This document shows, piece by piece, positions 50,155 to 64,000 of a DNA stretch of 64,000 nucleotides. The notes under the pieces were generated by a model. It saw only the letters and a program-made list of their open reading frames with translations. It did not search any database and had not been told where the DNA came from. Source of the DNA: Flaccisagitta enflata (taxonomy: Eukaryota); contig OZ231126.1 in NCBI GenBank assembly GCA_965153355.1, positions 9,238,001 to 9,302,000 of the forward strand, read 5' to 3'. Within the stretch, counting starts at the first letter, position 1. The number at the start of each line of letters is the position of its first letter. The position numbers and the translations under genes are program-made.

Positions 50155-51788
50155 TTTTTGTCCGCGACGGAATATCATTCCGACGCGGACTATAATTCAA
50201 GGCGGGTGGGTGTCGTCGTCGTCGTCGTCGTTGTCGTCGTCGTCGTTGTCGTCCCGGATTTTAAAAAATGGATAACTTTTTTATGCTTTGACCGATTTGG
50301 TTCATATTTGGTGGGAAGTTGTGCTAGGGTAAGGCGCTTTACATCCTATCCGATTTTTGTGATCCGACCAACCCAACCGGCCCAACCAGCCTACCGGCCT
50401 AAAAGTGAAAAACGTGCATAACTTTGGCATTTTTCAACCGATTTGGCTGAAATTTGGTATGGAGTCTCTAAATGGAAGGCCTCAACATATGTATATGATT
50501 TATATGCATTTGAGCATGCTAACCGGCCAAACTGACCTACCACCCAACCAGCCAACCGGCTAAAAGTGAAAAACTTATGCGTAACTTTGTCATTTTTCAA
50601 CTGATTTGGTTGAAACTTGGTATGGAGTCTCTAAATGGAAGGACTCAGCATATGCAAACTATTTATCCTGTTAAACCAGCCTACCACCCAACCAGCCTAC
50701 TGGCTTAAAAGGAAAAACGTGCATAACTTTGGCATTTTTCAACTGATTTGGCTGAAATTTGGTATGGAGTCTCTAAATGGAAGGCCTCAACATATGTATA
50801 TGATTTATATGCATTTGAGCATGCTAACTGCCAAACCGACCTACCACCCAACCAGCCAACCGGCCTTAAAGTGAAAAACTTATGAATTTTTGTCATTTTC
50901 AACTGATTTGGTTGAAACTTGGTATGGAGTCTAAATGGAAGGACTCAGCATATGCAAACTATTTATCCTGTTAAACCAGCCTACCACCCAACCAGCCTAC
51001 CGGCCTAAAAATGAAAAACGTGCATAACTTTGGCGTTTTTCAACCGATTTGGTTGAAATTTGGTATGGAGTCTCTAAATGGAAGGACCCAACAAATGTAT
51101 GTGATTTATATGCATTTGAGCATAACTGGCCAAACTGACCTACCACCCAACCAGCCAACGGCACAAAAGTGAAAACTTGCTTAACTTTGTCATTTTTCAA
51201 CTAATTTGGTTGAAACTTGTATGGGGTCTCTAAATGGAAGAACTCAACATATGCGCACTATTTATCCTGTCAAACCAGCCTACCACCCAACCAGCCTACC
51301 AACCAAAAGGTGATAAATGTGCATATCTTTGGCGTTTTTCAACCAATTTGGTTGAAATTTAGTATGGAGTCTCTAAATGGAAGGACTCAACACATGTATG
51401 TGATTTATTATGTTTGAGCATGCTAACCGGCCAAACCAACTTACCACCCAACCAGCTTACCGGCCTTAAAGTAAAAACTTTAATAAATTTGACATTTTTC
51501 AACCAAATTGGTTGAAACATGGTATGGAGTCTCTAAATGGAAGAACTCAACATACGCACACTATTTATCTAAACCAGCCTACCACCCAACCACCCTACTA
51601 GCCTAAAAGTGAAAAACGTGCATAACTTTGTCATTTTTCAACGGATTTGCATGAAACTTTGTATGGCGGCTCTAAATGTAAAGTCTTATAGTTTTGGCGA
51701 ACTTACAGGGTTAGCGATCTTTTGGTCATAACGATCTTACGGAATTGGTGATCTTTAACCCCCTTCCGTCGCGGACCCAGATACTGTT
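50155..51788 (+). mobile_element. DINE-1/HINE element with ~300-bp internal tandem repeats
   Basis: T-run + hairpin GTCCGCGACGGAAT-atc-ATTCCGACGCGGAC, (GTC)n, CCGATTTGG.TGAAATTTGGTATG core repeated (period ~301-306, about 4 units, two subunits each), 3' inverted copy TTCCGTCGCGGAC at ~51764-51776. Confidence 0.85.
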
Positions 51789-52422
51789 CAGATTTTTCTA
51801 TACTTCATTGGCATAAACTCTTTCATTGTGATTGCATTTTCGTAACTAGTCATTGATTCGGCTTTGGAATAAACTTACATCAGTAATTTAGTAGTGGTGG
51901 TTGAAAAAATTAAATGATATGATTAAAAAATTATATGAAGTTTAGAAATGAATTATGTTGATAAATTTCATAAAAAAAGTGATACCGTGAAACTAGACAA
52001 TAATGATGAAAAACAATATCAATGAAATTTCCAAATAGACCACCTTGTGTTCGTAGATTTTAGAGCGCTCTCTATCCGCCGGTTGGATTTTCCAGTGGTT
52101 TTTCAATGATTTTATTTATTTTTATGTGATTTTCAATCAAAATACTAAATTTTCTCTTGTGGTTTTCTCTCTAATCCGGTTTCTTTCTTCGAAGTTGAAG
52201 GAAATTACAAATCTGAATTCTTGCGTGACAAATTCAACGGTTCAGCAATCACGGAACTTCCTTGACTATAGACTTACTGTGTCTATGTGAGACCTCGTAG
52301 AAAAAAACTTTATTTAGCCAATTTCAACGTCTGACATTCTCACACCTTGGAGTGTGACTCCCTTTCTGGAAATTCCGCCGAATTCCTTAGAAAGAAAGTG
52401 AAAAGCTCGTCATATTTGTGTT

Positions 52423-52491
52423 ACAACAACAACAACAACAAAAACAACAACCACAACAACCACAACAACAACAACAACAACAACAACAACC

Positions 52492-52535
<44 letters not shown>
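52423..52535. repeat. (AAC)n microsatellite upstream of SCOC
   Basis: Direct trinucleotide repeat. Confidence 0.95.
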
Positions 52536-52536
<1 letters not shown>

Positions 52537-52662
52537 CTCCTAAAGTCTCATAAGGCTAAAGAGACGAAGAAACCGACTAAAACCGAGTACAGACACATCA
52601 GATTCAGATTTTCGAATCCTTTTGAAACACGAACTTTCGCATCTCATTGAAGGAACAGAAGG

Positions 52663-52950
52663 ATGTCTGGCGTCGACGTTCCCGCGTCTTCCACGGTTGG
52701 TCCCGACGTCGGCGGGTGGACGGAAGAGGAAGAGGAGAAGGCGCGTCTGACGCAACAAGTGTTGGAACTCCAAAACACGCTCTCCGATTTGTCGTCGCGA
52801 GTGGACAACGTCAAGGAGGAAAACTTTAAACTCAAATCGGAAAACCAAGTCTTGGGACAGTACATCGAAAATCTCATGTCGGCCAGTTCCGTCTTTCAAT
52901 CCACCACCTCGCCCAAATCCAAGAAATCTCAAAAGAAAAGGGACAAATGA
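52663..52950 (+). CDS. SCOC: Short coiled-coil protein (SCOC/UNC-69 family), single coding exon
   Basis: [58 protein letters not shown] matches the recalled SCOC core almost residue for residue. Confidence 0.95.
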   Translation: MSGVDVPASSTVGPDVGGWTEEEEEKARLTQQVLELQNTLSDLSSRVDNVKEENFKLKSENQVLGQYIENLMSASSVFQSTTSPKSKKSQKKRDK

Positions 52951-52961
52951 TTCGGTTCATA

Positions 52962-53892
52962 GGGTAGAGTGGGGTAAAATGGGTCAGCGGGGTAAAATGG
53001 ATCACTCAACTTTTTTTTAAATTTCGCTATAATTTGTTGAAATGAAGCAATTTTTGCTTCTGGTCTGGGGAATAGGGTGCCATATCCTCCTCCAAGATAG
53101 GTAATTACCTCTTGTTGGTAATATATGGATGCATTGTGAAAATAAATAGTAAATAGGTAAAAATTGTTGGTCGCTAGGCATGAAACCAACTTCTTGTTTC
53201 CATGGAGACCAAATTGAGGAAGAAAGCCATTACCCACTGCCTAAGTAATACGGATGGATGGTTAAATGTGGGCAGTAATGGTTTTCAGTTTTTACATATA
53301 ATTAGCTAAAAAATTAATTTTTAGTAATGTGGGGTAAAATGGGTCACCATACTAAAATCATAAAATTTTCATAAAAATGATGAAATATGCTGGTTTTCCA
53401 GTCTCATGGATCAGAGTAAGTGAGATACAGCTCATTCCAGCCCTAAACATCTTGTTCCATTGTTTTTGAAAGATTTTATGATATGAAAATGATGATTTGA
53501 TGCTAAACCGTTATTTTCAAAAAACTTATCTCATAACCAAATAGTTTTTGCTTTAAAAGAATTTTTTTAGCTCAATTTATATGTTAGGTCACTTGTTTTT
53601 CACTAATGCGTCGTAGCTCCTCACTTGGAATCAAGTTATGGCTGATGTTTTTCAAAAAAAGGTAGGTGACCCATTTTACCCCACCTTGATGGGATAAAAT
53701 GGGTCACCTATTCATTTTAGAAAAGGGGGGGTTGCCCCCCTCGCTTATTTTTTGGGGGCAATTTCCTTTTTTGTGGTAGTAGAGAAAACACACATTGTCA
53801 ATAATCAATCATAAAATTCTTCATTTTTATAAAGAATTAAGAAACATTTAAAAATTAATCGAAAAAGTGACCCATTTTACCCCACTTCACCC
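52962..53892. mobile_element. Tc1/mariner(pogo/Fot1-like) non-autonomous element in the SCOC 3' UTR
   Basis: TA|GGGTAGAGTGGGGTAAAATGGGTCA ... TGACCCATTTTACCCCACTTCACCC|TA; internal repeats of GGGGTAAAATGGGTCA. Confidence 0.88.
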
Positions 53893-54390
53893 TATAAGTT
53901 GGTGCGATGCGGGAAGGGGGGTGTGTGAAATGGGACAAGTTGTTGTCTTTTTTTGAGGGGGGGGGGAGATACGAATAGGGATGGGGGCGCAAGAGGGATA
54001 AGATGGCTGGATTGGTAAAGGGCCCTTTTTCAATCCACCGGGGTCCAGCTACTTTTCATGCTCGCGCATCCAGGCTGATGATTATGGTTTTGGGAGCGTT
54101 ATGACCAATGAGACTAATCTGTAATCAGACTTCTCGTGTCAAGGAGGGGGTTAGCCGCGCTTATTTGGTAGTTTTGAACGAATTTATTTATCATTTATCG
54201 TCTTGAGAGTTTGCCCGCACACTTTATCGAGAAAAAAAAAAAGATCTCCCCAGTGATTATGGTAAGCATGTTTTAATGATCTCATCGTAACTTTTTGACT
54301 AGTCTTAATCCTTTAAATATCTATATTCTGCTTTTTTCATCAATCGGCAAGCTTTCGCGCTTACAGTACTCTTTATATCTATTTTTTTTT

Positions 54391-54453
<63 letters not shown>

Positions 54454-55502
54454 ACTTCATCTTTCTCTCTTTATAGTGGCTCATTCGCAAAATTTGTGTG
54501 TAGGCCCGCTCATTTGTATTAATTCTGCATATACGAATAAAGTCGAATATTATCCTGTACATAATTTGGCCGACTCGGTGGCCGTCTCACTTCCATTTAG
54601 ATTTCGATTATGTTTTTTTAAGTGTTTCTTACAAAATCGTTTTGAATTTTGAAATAAAAATTTACACGTTCTTTTCAGTCCGTGTGCGCTTTCTCCAAAG
54701 CTCATGCGATTTAATTTTCCTTTTGCTGAAGACCTACATTATGAGATTTTTTAGTTACACTCTCGTCATGATGAAATATGCCTTTTGTTTCGGTTTGCTA
54801 CTAGCACTACCTATTATTGTAGAAATTGCATTAATCGTTGATCTGTTGAATAATCATAGTATTATTCTACTTCATTGCATAGGTACCTCTATGCAAATAA
54901 ATGCAGGGAAAAAAAAACAAAAAAAAAAAAAAAACAACCAACAAACAAAAAACTACTGGCGGATCTTTTAAATCCTCGTGAGCAAAAATGTCGCGTGCAC
55001 TTTTTGCACACCTCGAGTTGAGATTAAAACAAAAAAATCATTCTTTCTTTAACGACCAAGAAATGTTTTATGACCGGTGGCGTATCGACGGTGTCATTCA
55101 AAACTCATAGCGGCGTCCGACCATCGGTTTTACTTTGGATTTTAACTTTCTTTCTTTTTTCTTCTTCTTCTTCCTCTTCTCCTTCTTCTTTTTCTTCTAA
55201 TTCTTCTTCTTCTTCTTCTTCTTCTTCTTCTTTGTCTTCTTCTTCTTTGTCTTTTTCCTTTTCTTCTTTCTTCTTCTTCTTTTCTTCTTCTTCTTTTCTT
55301 CTTTTTCTTCTTTGTCTTTTCTTTTCTTCTTCTTCTTTTTGTTTCTTCTTCTTCTTCTTCTTCTTCTTCTTCTTCTTCTTCTTCTTCTTCTTCTTCTTCT
55401 TCTTCTTTTTCTTTTTCGTTTTCGTTTTCTTCCTCTTTCCTTTTCTTCTTCCTCTCCAGTTCTTCGTCTTTTTTTTCTTCTTTTTTTCTCAATCCCCGCA
55501 TC

Positions 55503-59537
<4,035 letters not shown>

Positions 59538-59977
59538 GATTTCTCTCAGGGGAAAAAAGAAAAACTATTAAAAGCGAATCATTCTTCATGAATGATAAGC
59601 AAATTCCCAATTCAAAAGAGCGTCTAGGCGATGATGCATACTCACTACGCAGAGGAAATTGCACGTTAAAATGGATGGAACATTATTGATTGACTTATGG
59701 ACTGACAAACCTCTCATTTGAGTATTGTTGGTCAGCCGAGACACGTCGAAAAGTATTACTACCTAGCTCATATGTTTATCACCTCACTTATCTGTCATTA
59801 TCTCCGTTTCAAATGATGCTTTCTAAGCAAAATTGGTTAGATTCTGAAACTAGAGCAAACTAGTGGCGTTCGCCATATTGTGTTCCACGAAAACTTGATT
59901 TGGCGTGAAAAAGAAAGGCAATAATTCATAAAACAAATCTAGTAATAATAACCAGAAAAATTGGTGTTGTAGATAAT

Positions 59978-60165
59978 GGCCGCCTGTGGGCGGCCTAACT
60001 ACCATCCATGGGCGACCTCACTGCCGCCTATGGGCGGCTTTACTGCCGCCTGTGGGCGGTCCCACTGCCGCCTGTGGGCGGCCCCACTGCCGCCTGTGGA
60101 CGGTCCCACTGCCACCTGTGGGTGGTCCCACTGCCGCCTTTGGGCGGTCCCACTGCCGCCTGTGA
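59978..60165. repeat. ~22-bp GC-rich minisatellite (CCACTGCCGCCTGTGGGCGGTC)n
   Basis: About 8 degenerate copies, each with internal hairpin potential (CCGCC-tgtg-GGCGG). Confidence 0.85.
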
Positions 60166-61129
60166 ATGTGTGTGTGTGTGTGTGTGTGCATGTGTGTGTG
60201 TGTGTATATGTGTGTGAGGAGAAAGCGGGGTTGTGTGACATACATAGGAAGTTTCCACAATAAACTAGACTGGCGGAAATTAGGCGACTGAATTCGTTAA
60301 CATTGATAAAAATGTTATAATTTTATAACGATCGCACTTAATAGCTTGAAATTCGAACCTTATTCTCAAAATTCGATACTCTTTTAGATCATATAAAAAA
60401 AAATATTCTAATACCTAAAATGTGTTCAACTATGTTAATTGAACACAGAGTAACATAAACACCAGTGAGAGCTCCAAAGGCTCTCATCCTTTATTAAAGT
60501 AGGGTTGAGTAGTAATGTTGTCCAACTTTCATAAATGTAACAAGGTGTTAACATATTAGGTCACTCTCTTTAAAAATCAATTTCTCTAGCTAGAATAAAC
60601 ATTAAGGTCTGAAATTTTGCATGTAACTTGGGTTATATCTGTACTAAAGGGGGGAAAAAAGAAATTTTCCATTATACCTAAGATATTGCCATTTATAGTA
60701 TAGTTTGAAATTACATATCAAAATCAAATAAATCATCATTTTAGACAAATCAACTAAAAGTGAGATTTTTCCATTGTAAATGACAACTGGTCACCATAAA
60801 ATCTTTAGTTCTTCTTTAGGGATTTCAATTAAACAAAAATGACCTATAGTTGGGTAGGCTTAATAATTTTTTGATGTCTTTTTCATAGTGGTTTTGAGTG
60901 TGACAACAGTGTGACATAATAAAGGGGGTGATATTGGCCTATTTTTTGCTACGTAGCCTATCAAAATTTTTAGTATGAAGGATATTAGCTAGGCACTGAA
61001 TCCCAGGTAATGTGTTACAATTGCTTCTATCACAAAAAAAAGGATTAGCATAATAAAAACAATTTTTTTGCCTGTTACATCATGAATTTAAGCTGAGCGG
61101 GTTTATTGTGGAAATGACCCATATGAGAA

Positions 61130-64000
61130 TACAGGGCTGTGTGACATACTAAGGATAGTTGTGATGGGTCCGGATTAAACACCAGTGACAGCTCCAAAGG
61201 CTCTCATCCTTAAGTAAAGTAGGGTTGAGTCGTAATGTTGTCCAACTTTCATACATTGGAACAAACTGGGTATTGTGACATACATAAAAAGATAAAGGGC
61301 TGTGTGACATACATTGGAGAAAAATTGGGTGGTGTGACATATATCAGAGAATTCTGGGCTGTGTGACACACTTTGGAGAATTCTGGGTTCTGTGACATAC
61401 ATCAGAGAAAACTGGGTCTTGTGACATACATGGGAGAATTTTGGGCTGTGTGACATATATCGGAGAAAACTGGGTGTTGTGACATACATCGGAGAATTCT
61501 GGGCTGTGTGACATACATCGGAGAAAACTGGGAGGTGTGACATACATCAAAGAATTTCGGACTGTGTGACATACATTGGAGAAAACTGGGTTGTGTGACA
61601 TACATTGGAGAATTCTGGGCTATGTGACATACATCGGAGAAAACTGGTGGTGTGACATACATTGAGAATTCTGGGCTGTGTGACATACAACGGAGAAGAT
61701 TGGGTTGCGTGACATATATTGGAGAATTCTGGGTTGTGTGACATACACCGGAGAAAACTGGGTGGTGTGACATACATCGGAGAATTCTGGGCTGTGTGAC
61801 ATACATCAGAGAAAACTGGGTGGTGTGACATACATTGGAGAATTCTGGGCTGTGTGACATACATCGGAGAAAACTGGGTGGTGTGACATACATTGGAGAA
61901 TTCTGGGCTGTGTGACATACATTGGAGAAAACTGGGTGGTGTGACATACATCGAAGAATTCTAAGCTGTGTGACATCCATCGGAGAAAACAAGGTGGTGT
62001 GACATACATCGGAGAATTCTGGGCTGTGACATACATCGGAGAATTTTGGGCTGTGTGACATACATCGGAGAAAACTGGGTGGTGTGACATACATCGGAGA
62101 ATTCTGGGCTATGTGACATACATCGGGGAAAACTGGGTGGTGTGACATACATCGGAGAATTCTGGGCTATGTGACATACATTGGAGAAAACTGGGTGGTG
62201 TGACATACATCGGAGAATTCTAAGCTGTGTGACATACATTGGAGAAAACTGGGTGGTGTGACATACATCGGAGAATTCTGGGCTGTGTGACATACATCGG
62301 AGAAAACTGGATAGTGTGACATACATCGGAGAAAACTGGGTGGTGTGACATACATCGGAGAAAACTGGGTGCTGTGACATACATCGGAGAATTCTGGGCT
62401 GTGTGAAATACATTGGAGAAAACTGGGTGGTATGACATAAATTGGAGAATTCTGGGCTGTGTGACATACATCGGAGAAAACTGGGTGGTGTGACATACAT
62501 TGGAGAATTCTAGGCTGTGTGACATACATAGGGGAAAACTGGGTGGTGTGACATATATCGAAGAATACTGGGCTGTGTGACATACATCGGAGAAAACTAG
62601 GTGGTGTGACATACATCGGAGATTTCTGGGCTGTGTGACATACATAGGAGAAAACTAGGTGGTGTGACATACATTGGAGAATTCTGGTCTATGTGACATA
62701 CATCGGAGAATTCTGGGCTGTGTGACATACATCGGAGAAAACTGGGTGCTGTGACATACATCGGAGAATTCTGGACTGTGTGACATACATTGGAGAAAAC
62801 TGGGTGGTGTGACATACATCGGATAATTCTGGTCTATGTGACATACATCGGAGAATTCTGGGCTGTGTGACATACATCGGAGAAAACTGAGGGGTGTGAC
62901 ATACATCGGAGAATTCTGGACTGTGTGACATACATTGGAGAAAACTGGGTGGTGTGACATACATGGGATAATTCTGGTCTATGTGACATACATCGGAGAA
63001 TTCTGGGCTGTGTGACATACATCGGAGAAACTGGAGTGTGACATACATCGAGAATTCTGGACTGTTGACATACATGGAGAAAACTGGGTGGTGTGACATA
63101 CATCGGAGAATTCTGGGCTGTGTGACACATTGAGAAAACAAAGCGTGACATACTTCAGACGGAGAAACTCCCAATATTTAGTGTTCCACTATCGTGGAAC
63201 ACAACTAGGTGGTGTGACATACATCGGAGAATTCTGGGCTGTGTGACATACATTGGAGAAAACTGGGTGGTGTGACATATATCGGAGAAAACTGGGTGGT
63301 GTGACATACATCGGAGAATTCTGGGCTGTGTGACATACATCGGAGAAAACTGGATGGTGTGACATACATCGGGGAAATCTAGGATGTGTGACATACATCA
63401 GAGCAAACTAGGTGGTGTGACATACATCGGAGAATTCTGGGCTGTGTGACATACATTGGAGAAAACTGGGTGGTGTGACATATATCGGAGAAAACTGGGT
63501 GGTGTGACATACATCGGAGAATTCTGGGCTGTGTGACATACATTGGAGAAAACTGGGTGGTGTGACATATATCGGAGAAAACTGGGTGGTGTGACATACA
63601 TCGGAGAATTCTGGGCTGTGTGACATACATCGGAGAAAACTGGGTGGTGTGACATACATCGGAGAATTCTGGGCTGTGTGACATACATTGGAGAAAACTG
63701 GGTGGTGTGACATATATCGGAGAAAACTGGGTGGTGTGACATACATCGGAGAATTCTGGGCTGTGTGACATACATCGGAGAAAACTGGGTGGTGTGACAT
63801 ACATCGGAGAATTCTGGGCTGTGTGACATACATTGGAGAAAACTGGGTGGTGTGACATATATCGGAGAAAACTGGGTGGTGTGACATACATCGGAGAATT
63901 CTGGGCTGTGTGACATACATCGGAGAAAACTGGATGGTGTGACATACATCGGAGAATTCTGGGCTGTGTGACATACATTGGAGAAAACTGGGTGGTGTGA
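61130..64000. repeat. 29-bp satellite with higher-order structure, continues past the window end
   Basis: Alternating GTGTGACATACATCGGAGAATTCTGGGCT and GTGTGACATACATTGGAGAAAACTGGGTG variants. Confidence 0.97.

Noticed and set aside
61130-64000. CRISPR-like array of ~29-bp repeats
   Set aside because: Head-to-tail repeats with no unique spacers, no cas genes, eukaryotic context.

Overview
Repeat-rich eukaryotic (most likely invertebrate animal) genomic DNA with spliceosomal GT-AG introns; no prokaryotic features, CRISPR, rRNA or tRNA were recognised. All recognisable genes are on the + strand. In order: four tandem paralogous multi-exon genes, each with 8 C2H2 zinc fingers (ZF-A, 5' end uncertain, ~705-8677; ZF-B 13910-23520; ZF-C 30194-36684; ZF-D 37607-49762). 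Between ZF-B and ZF-C lie a two-exon MATH-like/BTB/BTB gene (24239-26266), a 59-codon ORF absent from the ORF track that carries a perfect CHHC (GTSF1/U11-48K-type) zinc finger (27205-27384), and a duplicated ZF-C first exon. Downstream are an intronless SCOC (52663-52950), ANKRD54 (55503-59537) and a 29-bp satellite running off the window. Introns are filled with Helentron-type HINE elements, TIR MITEs and micro/minisatellites, which generate most ORF-track entries as artefacts. Best leads: (1) a 3.2-kb non-coding A-B-A-B-A-B-A insertion with GAGTG...CACTC ends and a 4-bp TSD, which truncates ZF-A and whose two outer repeats share variants absent from the inner ones; (2) the hidden CHHC-finger ORF; (3) a shared ZNF692/ZNF653-like N-terminal module on the ZF family; (4) ZF-A as a B/C chimera. 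Exon structures were derived by eye from splice signals, phase and paralog comparison. Family assignments are from recalled motifs, not database searches.
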